Source of the DNA: Prasinococcaceae sp. CCMP 1430
Lineage: Eukaryota; Plantae; Prasinodermophyta
Length of the DNA stretch: 56,136 bases
Assembly: GCA_013416795.1 (NCBI GenBank)
Contig: RQSC01001138.1
Location: 1-56,136 of the forward strand
Reading direction: 5' to 3'
Below the pieces are notes generated by a model that was not told where the DNA came from, ran no database searches, and saw only the letters and a program-made list of their open reading frames with translations. The translations under genes and the position numbers were made by a program. Shown here piece by piece: positions 44,632-55,645 of this stretch. Position 1 is the stretch's first letter. Each line of letters begins with the position of its first letter.

Positions 44632-45903
44632 TACACCGGGGCGGACGTCGTCGATGCCACCGCGTTGTGTATCGCAGAGGACGCCTTGGTGACCATCGCG
44701 GCGGCCAACACCACGGGCGACACGACCGTCTCCGCGGGAGTGCCAGACTGCCTGCCGACTGCCGACGTTGTGCTGTCCACGCCCTCGCCGCGCGCTGTCC
44801 TAGGGTCCCTAAACGTGAGCGTCGTCTCCACCGAGGCGATGAGCTCGGTGTTCTTCTACGTGCTCCAGGGCGGCTCTGGCACCCCGGCCCGCTTCGACAA
44901 GAGCAGGAAGGTTGCTGGTCTTGCTGTGGATAGCGGCCTGGTCGTCAACACGCTCGACAGCGGCCTGGTCAGTGCAACAGCATCGCAGGCGTCCACGAGC
45001 GTGCCAGCACAGGCTGTGTCGGCAGAACTCGTTTCGATCCCGGTGGCAGTCCCAGACGGCACTGACCTGTGCATCGTCGGGGTGCAGGTGACCGGGAAGG
45101 CCGGCGATGCGCTGACTACGAGCGTCGTCAGTTCGAGTTTTTGCGACGGCCTCGTGCCACCCACAGTTGCGTCTCCTCCTCCACCTGTTTCGTCCCCCCC
45201 ACCCCCCCCGGTCGTGGTCGCACCGCCTCCGCCGCCTCCTGTGGCCATGCCGCCCCCACCCGTCGCCGTTGGGGCGGTCGAGCTCTTCACGCCGACCGCC
45301 GTGACTGGCGGCGTGGTGGAGGTGTACTACACGGCCACGGCGCCGATCGGAGGACTGCAAATGCGCGTGGAAGTAGGCGGCAATGGCGCGACATTTGATT
45401 CTGACGCTGCCACAGTCGGTGGAGCGGCTGCCGACGCCTTCGAGGTCGTGACGGGTAGCGGTCTTGGACCGAACGTGGTGGCCATCGGCACCGGCGATCC
45501 GCTGGACAGGGCGGCCGGCCAGTCGCTGCTGCTGTCCCTGAAGCTCGCGAATGGCACCGAGGCCGAGGGCACGCTCCCTTGCATCGCCGACGCAATCTTC
45601 ACCGACACGGAGAATCCGCCGCGTGCCATGGACGTGACGTTGCCGGACTGCGAGCAGCAGCCGCAGGCGAACTCACCGCCGCCATCCCCACCCCCGTCAC
45701 CCCCGCCCGCGCCGGCGATCCCAGAAACCACCGCCGTGGCGTTCAACATGCGCTTCCCCGGTACGCTGGTCGCTAGCGCCCGATTCGCAATCGCGCGGCG
45801 CCTGTGCGCGCGCGGCAGAATCGTTTCCCGGCGCGGCGCGCGCCCGCGCCCGCGCGCGCGCGCGCGGCGCGCAGCAGGAACAGGGACGTCGAACCGACTG
45901 TGA
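44632..45903 (+). CDS. Partial extracellular protein: beta-sandwich (cohesin-like) modules with SPPPP linkers
   Basis: Frame is open from the N; VEVYYTATAPIGGLQMRV..CIADAIFTD module; Pro runs; donor at 45761. Confidence 0.6.
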   Translation, partial: YTGADVVDATALCIAEDALVTIAAANTTGDTTVSAGVPDCLPTADVVLSTPSPRAVLGSLNVSVVSTEAMSSVFFYVLQGGSGTPARFDKSRKVAGLAVDSGLVVNTLDSGLVSATASQASTSVPAQAVSAELVSIPVAVPDGTDLCIVGVQVTGKAGDALTTSVVSSSFCDGLVPPTVASPPPPVSSPPPPPVVVAPPPPPPVAMPPPPVAVGAVELFTPTAVTGGVVEVYYTATAPIGGLQMRVEVGGNGATFDSDAATVGGAAADAFEVVTGSGLGPNVVAIGTGDPLDRAAGQSLLLSLKLANGTEAEGTLPCIADAIFTDTENPPRAMDVTLPDCEQQPQANSPPPSPPPSPPPAPAIPETTAVAFNMRFPGTLVASARFAIARRLCARGRIVSRRGARPRPRARARRAAGTGTSNRL

Positions 45904-46518
45904 GAAGACAGGTGCGCTCCGCGCACCCGCGCACCCGCCCTCTGGGGGGAAAAAAAAAAAACGGGGGTGAAACACGCCGACCGACTCAACGTATTTAGGT
46001 ATGAATGAATGTAGGGTTTATGAGGTCGTCGAAACAGATGGCGTGTGACGAACGTTTTTGCGGTGGCGCGTTGCGGTTTCGCGTCGCCGCGTTGCGTCGC
46101 GCCCGAGGGCGGGCCGCCGGCGCGGGAGCGGGAGCGGAAAAGCGCGCGAAACGGTAAAAATATATTAAAATTGTAAATTAAAAAAAAAAACGGCGGCGAA
46201 AACGCAAACGCGCGGAAGCGGAACGCGGCCGCGCAAAGCGAAGGCGAATGAAAATGGCTCCGACGCGAATACCGGAACGACGGTGCGTGCCGAAACGAAA
46301 CGCCCGGTAGAAACTCGGGAGCCCACCGAACGTTTGGCGTTTTCGCGCGCGCGCGCGCCGCGCGAGCGCGAATATTCCGCCGCGGCGATTGCGAATGCAG
46401 CAGGCGGCGGCAGCTGCGCGCGGGCGGCCGAGGGGGCGCCAGGTGCTGCCGCGCGCGCCCCCCCGCCCCCCCCCCCGACCTCTCTCTGCTCGCGCCGAAA
46501 TCGCATTCCGTGGCGGCG

Positions 46519-46834
46519 NNNNNNNNNNNNNNNNNNNNNNNNNNNNNNNNNNNNNNNNNNNNNNNNNNNNNNNNNNNNNNNNNNNNNNNNNNNNNNNNNN
46601 NNNNNNNNNNNNNNNNNNNNNNNNNNNNNNNNNNNNNNNNNNNNNNNNNNNNNNNNNNNNNNNNNNNNNNNNNNNNNNNNNNNNNNNNNNNNNNNNNNNN
46701 NNNNNNNNNNNNNNNNNNNNNNNNNNNNNNNNNNNNNNNNNNNNNNNNNNNNNNNNNNNNNNNNNNNNNNNNNNNNNNNNNNNNNNNNNNNNNNNNNNNN
46801 NNNNNNNNNNNNNNNNNNNNNNNNNNNNNNNNNN
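46519..46834. other. Assembly gap (316 N)
   Basis: N run. Confidence 1.
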
Positions 46835-47469
46835 CGCTCGCGCGCCGCGGCGACGTGGACACGCTGCGCGCCGCCGTGGCGGCCGGCTGCGACGTGCCCA
46901 AGGAGGCCGCGGTCGCCGCGGCCGAGTTCGGCCACCTGAGCGCGCTGGCGCTGATGGTTGAGGAGAGCGGCTGCGAGTGGGACGCGGACGTCTGCGCCAT
47001 CGCCGCCGCCACCGGGCGCCTCGACGTCCTGCGGTGGGCGCGCGAGCGCGGCTGCGAGTGGGACGCCCGCACGGCAAACTACGCGGCCATGTACGGCCAC
47101 GTCGCGGCGCTCCGCTGGGCCGTCGAGAACGGCGCTGAGGCCGACGAAGACACGTGCAGCTGGGCGGCCGAGGGCGGCTCGCTCGAGGCGCTCAAGGTGC
47201 TCCGCGAGCTCGACGTCGAGTGGGACGACGACGTGTGCACCGAGGCCGCCGGCGCGGGCCACCTCGAGGTGCTGCGCTGGGCGCGCGCCAACGGCGCCGA
47301 GCTCGACTGGGAGGGCGCCGCAAACGCCGCGGGCGAGAACGAGCGCGTGGAGGTGGTCGAGTGGCTGCGCGCGCAGCCCGACTACGACGCGCGCCACTGC
47401 CCGGAGCTCGAGGAGGTCGCCGCCGAGCTGGGCATGGTCGACGCGCAGCCGGCAGCCGAGGCCAACTGA
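46835..47469 (+). CDS. Ankyrin-like repeat protein of GCxWD type, 3' part
   Basis: Repeats GCEWDADVCAIAAATGRLDVLRWARERGCEWD and AAGAGHLEVLRWARANG. Confidence 0.82.
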
Positions 47470-48881
47470 GCACGAACAGGGGCCTGCCTCCACACACACA
47501 AACACCCCCAGAGCGCGCCCCCGCCCGCGAGCCCGCGGGCGGCGCGCGCCGCGCCATTCTTTACACCCCAGTGCCGCGCATTGCGGCCGCGCCTGTTGTG
47601 CCCTTATTCTTTACCTGTAGAACATTATTTGTAGCCCTCGCCGGCCCCGCGTCTCCCCACGCCGCCCCCCCTCCCTCGCCCCCCCGCCCCCCCCTGCTGC
47701 CACAGCGCCCCCTCCAACCGCCGCCGCCGCCTCAGCCGCCGCCGCGGCGGCCGCGCGCCAAAAAAAAAAGCAACCGAGCCTGTCAACGGATGCACCGAGC
47801 ATATTCGGGTACCTCGCGAGGCATTCCGGGATCGCGCGGGTGTGCTTCGGGGCGCGTCGGATTCGATTCGGGTTGAGCCCCCCACCAAATCCGGCGACCC
47901 GTTGGCGGCAGCGCGCGCGCGCGCGCGGGTGCGCCGGCGGTGCGCCGCCGTCGCGTCGGCCATCAAATCGCATGCGGTCTCGCGCTCGCCCGCGCTTTTC
48001 AAACGCGCGCGCGCGCGCACCCGTGAAAAAGGGGCGCGCGCGCCGGAACGCATTTCTTTGAAACCGAAACCATTTGAGGTGTACGACTCAACGGGTTTAT
48101 GTATGCGTTCATGTTGATGTACCTTTGGCGCCTGGAGCCCCACCCCGCCGGTCACAGCTGCAACCCGCAGGACTGCTGCTGCCTGGGTGAGAGCGGACCG
48201 GGGGGGGAGGCTGACTGACCAGGGTCTGCACGCGCGCGGCGGCGGTCGGTAAACCCTAGTAAGTCAGGTCTGGAGCGTCGCGGACCAGGTCTGCGCGCGC
48301 CCGCGCGGATTCGGCCCGGCCCGCGGCGGGCAGAGAAAAATATCCCGCGCGAGCATTCGAATGATCGACCGATCGTACCCCGGTTGCACGTCGCCTACAC
48401 GGTTCACAGGCGTGCGTACAACCGGATTCGTGTGTCGATTCCCGGATGCAACGCTCCGGGGTGCACCATGTGCCCCGCGCAATGGTGAGAGGCGACCGGT
48501 CAGCCAGACAACGAACAGCCGGGCCGAACAGCCCCTCCCGTCGACCGATCCGTCGCTCGGTGCGCGCCCGCGAGATCGAGATCTTTTTTTTTTGGCGGAA
48601 GCTTCTCGAAGCGGGCCGCGGATGGGAAACGGCGTTTCGTCGTTGGCTGTCGGGGGCGCAGCAGGCGCTGCTGGCGGCAATCGGCCACACGTGCGAATTC
48701 CCCTGCGGTGCACTCGATCGGCCGTCGGTGCACCCGAGGGGCTCGGAGGAGATCGCGATCGAAATTCAATCCGTCAAAAAGTTCGGAAGGTCCGACGACG
48801 TGAGGCGCGTGCGGTTTTCGGACGGGCGGCGCGCAGGTTCTCCGGAAAGCCGTCGTCGCGGTCCTCGCTGGCGCCGGGTGC

Positions 48882-48912
<31 letters not shown>

Positions 48913-48917
48913 AGGGC

Positions 48918-49135
48918 NNNNNNNNNNNNNNNNNNNNNNNNNNNNNNNNNNNNNNNNNNNNNNNNNNNNNNNNNNNNNNNNNNNNNNNNNNNNNNNNNNN
49001 NNNNNNNNNNNNNNNNNNNNNNNNNNNNNNNNNNNNNNNNNNNNNNNNNNNNNNNNNNNNNNNNNNNNNNNNNNNNNNNNNNNNNNNNNNNNNNNNNNNN
49101 NNNNNNNNNNNNNNNNNNNNNNNNNNNNNNNNNNN
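48918..49135. other. Assembly gap (218 N), probably hiding aconitase exon 1
   Basis: N run upstream of the acceptor at 49206. Confidence 0.95.
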
Positions 49136-49206
49136 CCCCCCGCCCCCCCCGCCCCCCCCCCCTCCCCTCCCCCACCCTCCCCCTCCCTCCCTCCCGTGAC
49201 GCGCAG

Positions 49207-51546
49207 ACGCGCCGCGATGGCGCGCGTCTCGGTGCGCGCCTGATGGGCACCACCCCCATGTCCAAGTTCGAGCCCACCACCAACATCGAGGAGAACTACA
49301 AGCGCATCGACGACAACCTCAAGATCGTGCGCTCGCGCCTGAACAAGCCGCTCACGCTCACCGAGAAGGTGGTGTACGGCCACCTCGACGATCCGACCAC
49401 GTCCGAGATGGTGCGCGGCGAGACCTACCTCAAGCTGCGCCCCGACCGCGTCGCCATGCAGGACGCCACCGCGCAGATGGCGCTCCTGCAGTTCATGAGC
49501 TCCGGCCTGCCCAAGGTCGCCGTGCCCTCCACCGTGCACTGCGACCACCTCATCGAGGCGCAGACGGGCAAGGGGGCCGGCGACTCGCCGGGGGGCGCCG
49601 CTGACCTCAAGCGCGCCATCGAGCTCAACAAGGAGGTGTACGACTTCCTTGCGACGTGCACTGCCAAGTACGGCATCGGCTTCTGGAAACCCGGCTCGGG
49701 CATCATCCACCAGATCGTGATTGAGAACTACGCATTCCCCGGCGGCATGATGATCGGCACCGACTCGCACACCGTCAATGCGGGAGGCCTGGGCATGTGC
49801 GCGGTGGGCGTGGGCGGCGCGGACGCCGTCGACGTGATGGCCGGCCTGCCGTGGGAGCTCAAGGCGCCCAAGGTGATCGGCGTGAAGCTCACGGGCTCGC
49901 TCAACAAGTGGGCGAGCCCCAAGGACGTCATCCTCAAGGTGGCGGGCATCCTCACGGTCAAGGGCGGCACCGGCGCCATCGTCGAGTACTTCGGCCCCGG
50001 CTGCGACACCATGTCGGCGACGGGCATGGGAACCATCGCCAACATGGGCGCCGAGATCGGCGCCACCACCACCATGTTCCCGTACAACGCGCGCATGCAC
50101 GACTACCTGGTGGCCACCGAGCGCCCGGGCATCGCCTCGCTCGCCGACTCGTTCCGCGAGTCCCTTCGCGCCGATGAGGGCGCCGAGTACGACCAGCTCA
50201 TCGAGATCAACCTCTCGGAGCTCGAGCCCCACATCAACGGACCCTTCACGCCCGACCTCGCGCACCCGCTCTCCGAGTTCGCCGCCGCCGTCAAGGCCAA
50301 CGGGTGGCCGGAGAAGCTCACCGCGGGCCTGATTGGCTCGTGCACCAACTCGTCGTACGAGGACATGGCGCGCTCGGTGAGCCTGTGCAAGCAGGCGGCC
50401 GAGCACGGCGTGGCGTCGCAGATCCCCTTCACCATCACCCCCGGGTCGGAGCAGATTCGTGCGACCATCGAGCGCGACGGCATGCAGGCCGAGCTCGAGA
50501 AGGCCGGCGGGACCGTGCTCGCCAACGCGTGCGGCCCGTGCATCGGCCAGTGGGTCCGCTCGGATGTGGACAAGACCAAGCAGGAGCCCAACTCGATCAT
50601 CTCGTCGTTCAACCGCAACTTCGCGGCGCGCAACGACGGCAACCCCAAGACGCACGCCTTCGTGGCCTCGCCGGAGATCGTGACCGCTCTGACGCTCGCG
50701 GGCTCGCTCACCTTCAACCCCACCAAGGACACGATCAAGGGCGCCGACGGCAAGGAGTTCATGCTGGAGCCCCCCGTCGGGGATGAGCTGCCCGTTCGCG
50801 GCTTCGACCCCGGCGAGGACACCTTCCAGGCGCCGCCCGAGGACGGCTCGGACGTGGACGTGCTCATCGATCCCAAGAGCCAGCGCCTGCAGCGGCTGGC
50901 GGGCTTCACCGCGTGGAACGGCAAGGACGTCGAGGGCGCCAAGGTGCTCATCAAGGCCAAGGGCAAGTGCACCACCGACCACATCTCGATGGCCGGCCCG
51001 TGGCTCAAGTACCGCGGCCACCTGGACAACATTTCGAACAACATGCTCATCGGCGCGACCAACGCGGAGAACGGCAAGACCAACTGCGTGCACAACGCGC
51101 TCGACGACACCGAGGGCGCCGTGCCCGACGTGGCGCGCGCGTACAAGGCCGCGGGCGTGCCCTGGGTGGTGGTGGGCGACGAAAACTACGGCGAGGGCTC
51201 GAGCCGCGAGCACGCCGCGCTGGAGCCGCGCCACCTGGGAGGCTCCGCCGTCATCGTGAAGTCGTTCGCGCGCATCCACGAGACCAACCTCAAGAAGCAG
51301 GGCATGTTGCCGCTGACCTTCGCCAACGCCGAGGACTACGAGAAGGTCGGCCCGCGCGACGAAGTGGCCATCAGGGGCGTCACGGAGATAGCGCCGGGCT
51401 CGCAGCTGACCGTGGAGGGCACCAAGCCCAACGGCGAGACCTACCAGTTCAAGGTGAACCACACCATGAACGAGGCGCAGATCTCGTGGTTCAAGGCGGG
51501 GAGCGCGCTGAACCAGATGGCGCGGATGGCCACTGCGGCCAACTAG
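49207..51546 (+). CDS. ACO2: Mitochondrial-type aconitate hydratase (ACO2-like), main exon
   Basis: [67 protein letters not shown]. Confidence 0.95.
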   Translation, partial: TRRDGARLGARLMGTTPMSKFEPTTNIEENYKRIDDNLKIVRSRLNKPLTLTEKVVYGHLDDPTTSEMVRGETYLKLRPDRVAMQDATAQMALLQFMSSGLPKVAVPSTVHCDHLIEAQTGKGAGDSPGGAADLKRAIELNKEVYDFLATCTAKYGIGFWKPGSGIIHQIVIENYAFPGGMMIGTDSHTVNAGGLGMCAVGVGGADAVDVMAGLPWELKAPKVIGVKLTGSLNKWASPKDVILKVAGILTVKGGTGAIVEYFGPGCDTMSATGMGTIANMGAEIGATTTMFPYNARMHDYLVATERPGIASLADSFRESLRADEGAEYDQLIEINLSELEPHINGPFTPDLAHPLSEFAAAVKANGWPEKLTAGLIGSCTNSSYEDMARSVSLCKQAAEHGVASQIPFTITPGSEQIRATIERDGMQAELEKAGGTVLANACGPCIGQWVRSDVDKTKQEPNSIISSFNRNFAARNDGNPKTHAFVASPEIVTALTLAGSLTFNPTKDTIKGADGKEFMLEPPVGDELPVRGFDPGEDTFQAPPEDGSDVDVLIDPKSQRLQRLAGFTAWNGKDVEGAKVLIKAKGKCTTDHISMAGPWLKYRGHLDNISNNMLIGATNAENGKTNCVHNALDDTEGAVPDVARAYKAAGVPWVVVGDENYGEGSSREHAALEPRHLGGSAVIVKSFARIHETNLKKQGMLPLTFANAEDYEKVGPRDEVAIRGVTEIAPGSQLTVEGTKPNGETYQFKVNHTMNEAQISWFKAGSALNQMARMATAAN

Positions 51547-51700
51547 CCGACACATACGGTACTGTAGGACTTTAACACTACCATTTTTTTGCCGCGTGGG
51601 AGCTCGTGCGGAGCCGAGCCGCGCTGGCGCGCGCGGCGCTTCGGCCGCCCGCTTAGACAAACGTCCTCAAATTACAGGTGCCGCTGCGAGCCGCGAGCGT

Positions 51701-53073
51701 CTACAGCGCCGGGTAGCCCACTCCGCTGCCAAGGACCGGAGCCACCCAGCTCTGGGACAGGTCCGAGTAGTCCCAGATGAAAGCATCCGAGAAGGTGGTG
51801 ATGATGTTGTTGTTCCACGGGTCGGCAAGGTGCGCGCCCAGGTTGTCCAGCGGGCCCACGCCCGTGGCCGCGTACTGCGCGTAGAGCGCAATAGTGCACA
51901 GCATCGCAAGCCGCCCGTTCTTGATCTCCTTGAGCTTCAGCGCAGCGAGATCCGAGCCCTTGCCCCTACCGAGCGGGTCGAAAGCCGAGCCCGGGTAGCC
52001 GATGGCGTCGGTCTCGCTGACCTTGTAGTCGAAGAACGGGTCCTGGTTGGCGGAGCCCGGGTTCTTCAGGTCCATGTAGCGGCGTGTCTCCGCCCAGCCC
52101 ATGAAGAGGAACTGCACGGTGAGCAGAGTGTTGGTGGAGATCCAGTAGCCGTCGTACGTGCCCATCTCATACCACTCCACGCCGGCGCCGGGCCACGAGA
52201 CACCAAGCTGTTGAGGAGGCGCGCGTCGGACGCGAGAGCACGCGGAAGGCGCGCGTCGGAGTGCGAGGAATGGCGCGAACGTGTCAGCGGTTTCCCACCC
52301 CGCAGCGTCCGCTCGCGGGCGGGCGGGCGTCCGCTCGCCGTCGCAACCTATCCAGAACCCGGCCCGTTCCCAGCGAGCTCGTATCGCGCGCTGGGCAGCG
52401 TGCGCGCTTGGGGGATGGGGCACAGCAAGCGGCCACAGGCTGCCCTGCGGGCGGACGCGGGCGCACCGCTGACTCGCCCGCCGGGCGCGCTCGTCCCGCT
52501 CGGCGCGCCCCACGCCAAAGAAAAAAAATCGCGACGACCCAACGCACGCGCGCGCGCGCTCGCATGCCCTCCTGCCGGGGTTGGTCGTCTCGTCCCTGAC
52601 AAGCGGCGATGGCAGGTGTGGCGCTCGCAGCAATCGCCGCTGCTACTGGCACGCCCGCGCGTTGGCGCTGGCCGGGCCGTGCAGCAGCACCGCGGTGCGA
52701 GCGCGCGCGCGCGCGCGCGCGAGCGCGCGCGCAAACAAAAAAAAAAATTGCCCCCCCGGCGCCGCGCACGAAACGTCTCGCACCTTGCCGAAGAGCGCGG
52801 GGGCGACGGCGCCAGCCGACGCGAGCATGGCGAAGCGCGCGTGGATGAGCTCGGCGGCCGAGTACCAAGCGAGGTTCTGCGGGTCCTCGCCCAGGTTGAG
52901 CGGGTCGAAGCCCATGTCGCCGGGCAGCGTGCCGTCGAGGTGCACCGGCGACTCGTTGCCGGGCGCCCACGCGGCCTCCTTGGCCGCAGCGGCGACGCGC
53001 GACACGCGCGCGCGCACGCGCGCGGCGCGGCGACCGCGCGCCCGAGGAAGGAGCTCATCGCAGTGGCCACCAT
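51701..53073 (-). CDS. PSI light-harvesting chlorophyll a/b protein (Lhca-type); exons 53073-52784, 52207-51701; apparent frameshift in transit peptide
   Basis: [50 protein letters not shown]. Confidence 0.92.
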
Positions 53074-54259
53074 CGTTCGCGGCTGGCTGACGTCCGTCCT
53101 GGCGAGCGCTGTGGCGCGCGCGCCCGAGGCTCCGCCGTAGCGCTACGCTGGCTCGCTCGCTCGCGTCGCGCGCGCGCACGGGCGCCACACACGCGCGCCC
53201 CGGTCGCCCCAACAGGGTCCACAGACAAACTCCAAATCCGACATCCCCCGCGACGCCTTGATCACAATACACCCACTCCATCCTTCGTAACCCAAACACA
53301 CTGCGCCCTCTTTAGGGTTCGTTTCTGCCGAGATATCGCGCGGCGTGGGATTCGTGCCGTGCGGCGGTGATTTCCGAGCCGGCCGTTCCCCCAACCCCAA
53401 ACCACCCGCGCCCGCGCGAACCACGTCACGACGCATTGTAAAATTCCGAACCCTTTGTGAATACCCTTATTCGCGCGGGGCGCGCGGCGGGGTGGGGCGC
53501 TCGCCCGGATAGCTCACTTATCCGCTCCGCCGGCGCGGGCCGGACGCGCGGAAATCGGAATTCGGCGCGGGGGGCGCGCGCGCGCGCGAAGGTATCAGAC
53601 CAATAGGGTTTCTTGTCTTGGTTGGTGGATGTCATTCTGAATTTGAATCTGCGCGCTCAGGGTTTGGGTTCCGCGGCGCCGCGGTCGGCGGCGAGCGCGT
53701 TTCGCGGGAAGCCGCGCGTTACGCTCCGCAGGATCGCGCGCGTGCGAGGCCTGCGCGGCCGCGCACACACACTCAGCGATTTATTTTTTAGGTATTTTCG
53801 CTGATTTTCGAGGGAGAAATTCGGGGGCGTCCTCCCCGAAAAAGGGGGGGGAGTTCGGGTTGGGCGCCGGCGCCCCGGCTGGGGAGGAGAGGCGAAGCGA
53901 GGGTTCGTGCTGGGGGATGATGCATGATGATGTGATGATCTATCGAGGCGTGGTCAGCGCGGTGGGTGGTGGCGACAACACGAGCTCCGGACCTGGTCTC
54001 CTGTGCCCGGCCGCTGCCCTGCCCTGCCCTGCCCTGCCCTGCCGTGGCGTGGCGTGGCGTGACGTGATGCGCTGCGCCCGCTGCGCTACGGCAGCCGCTG
54101 CGCCGACGCTGCCGCCGCGCTCGGCCAAGGGGTGCGGGTGTGGACGGGTTGGGCGTGGGCCACTGCTGGCAATGTTACACTTTTGCGGACAGCACACCTT
54201 AAAAAAAGGCATGCGGGGCGCCGCGCCGCGTCCGCCCTTGGTGGCGCGACGGCGCCACC

Positions 54260-55645
54260 TCACATGGGGGTGCCGAGGCCCTCGCCCGCTGCACGACCAG
54301 CGCCCTCTCCGTCGAGCTTGCTGGTGTCGATGCCCTCGCTGAGCTTCGACATGAGGTCCAGGTACTCACGGTCGGTCACCTCGCCGCGCGCGTCCATCGC
54401 GGCCTTCATCTCGAGCCACTCAGGATCCGATCCAAACATCGCGTCCATCTCTGCGAGCGCTTCCCCCTGCATGCACATCTTCGCGAGCAGCAGCTCCTCG
54501 TCCTGCGACATCTCCTCAACGCGCTGCTCGATGAGGCGCTCGAACTCCCACTCGGCGTAGCCCTCCTCGCCGGGCACGGGTGGATCGTCGTATTCGTCCT
54601 CGTCCTCGTCCAAGTCGGAACCCGCGCCCGAGCGCGAGTCGCCCTCGCCTATCACCTCCGAGCGCACCTTGGTGGCGCTGGTGGGACTCGTGTCCTCCTC
54701 GTCGTCGCCATCCTCCTCCCACTCGGCCTCGCGCTCCTCCTTGGCCAGCCGCACCATCTCCTCTTGCGTGCGCCGCGCCTGCTCCGCCACGGCCTCCTCG
54801 CTGGGTCGGCCGCCCTTCCGGCGCAGCTCGGGGCGCGCGCCCTTCGACGCCGTGCTCGCGAAGAGGTCGGCGTCCTCGTCGCATCCCATCGCGCGCAGGT
54901 CGGCCTCGACCATGGCGGCGATGTCCGCGTCGCTGTAGCCGTGCCCAGGCTGCAGGAATGCGTCGTCGCCCTCGACGACGAGGTCTGTGGCCCAGTCATG
55001 GACGGGGTCCATCGGGCGTCTGGGCACCTCCTCGTATTCGCCACTCTCCTCCAGCCGCTTCTTCTCGCGCGTGAACGCCTCCCACTGCTCGGCCTTGGCG
55101 TCCGCCTGCGCGGCGTCCTCCTGCAGCCTGCCGCTCACGACGTCCGCGAGCGGCACGCCGTCGAGGTCGGGCTGGTAGCGCACGCACGTGAAGGCCTGCA
55201 TGCCCTCCGCGGTGAGGTGCTGGTAGAGCTGCGCCACCTCGTACGAGTCAACGCCCGAGAAGACCACGCACTCGAAGCGCGCGGGGGCCTGCGAGGGCAC
55301 CTGCGCGGCGAGGTCCGCGGCCCACACCGGCTCCTGGGCGGCGCGCAGCGCGTCGCCGGTGCGCTCCGAGAGCATCGCGGCCGAACAAGGCACGACCTTC
55401 AGCCACTGCAGCCCGAGCCCGTCCAGCTCCGCCCTCGCCTTGGCAACCACGCTCAGCGGCATGCCCACGAAGAGCAGGCACGGCGGGCCGTGGCGCACGC
55501 CCTCGTCCTCGGCGCCGAACAGCCGCTTCTCCGCCTCGGCCGACACGGGCGCCCAGTTCTCACTCCAGCGGCGGTCGCCCTCATCGTCGGGCTCGTCGAC
55601 GGTGCTCAGCCTTCGCCAGTGCTCGGGGTCGTCGTACTCGTCCAT
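54260..55645 (-). CDS. DUF3783-like domain protein with acidic C-terminal region; start uncertain
   Basis: PPCLLFVGM..KVVPCSAAML..CVVFSGV..PLADVV resembles plant DUF3783 proteins (from memory). Confidence 0.55.
   Translation of the reverse strand: MDEYDDPEHWRRLSTVDEPDDEGDRRWSENWAPVSAEAEKRLFGAEDEGVRHGPPCLLFVGMPLSVVAKARAELDGLGLQWLKVVPCSAAMLSERTGDALRAAQEPVWAADLAAQVPSQAPARFECVVFSGVDSYEVAQLYQHLTAEGMQAFTCVRYQPDLDGVPLADVVSGRLQEDAAQADAKAEQWEAFTREKKRLEESGEYEEVPRRPMDPVHDWATDLVVEGDDAFLQPGHGYSDADIAAMVEADLRAMGCDEDADLFASTASKGARPELRRKGGRPSEEAVAEQARRTQEEMVRLAKEEREAEWEEDGDDEEDTSPTSATKVRSEVIGEGDSRSGAGSDLDEDEDEYDDPPVPGEEGYAEWEFERLIEQRVEEMSQDEELLLAKMCMQGEALAEMDAMFGSDPEWLEMKAAMDARGEVTDREYLDLMSKLSEGIDTSKLDGEGAGRAAGEGLGTPM

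Noticed and set aside
45982-48093. Shared 10-mer CGACTCAACG at 45982 and 48084
   Set aside because: No extendable alignment; plausible by chance.
49207-51546. Animal/fungal-type aconitase as horizontal transfer
   Set aside because: This type is already known in green algae.
48766-51660. 964-aa antisense ORF over aconitase
   Set aside because: Shadow ORF caused by very high GC3; no protein-like features.
53915-53945. C/D snoRNA candidate (ATGATGA)
   Set aside because: Part of a degenerate (GAT)n run; no box D at a suitable distance.
54015-54063. (TGCCC)5 followed by (GTGGC)3, and an 8-bp hairpin at 54240-54259
   Set aside because: Simple microsatellites and a short GC stem expected by chance.
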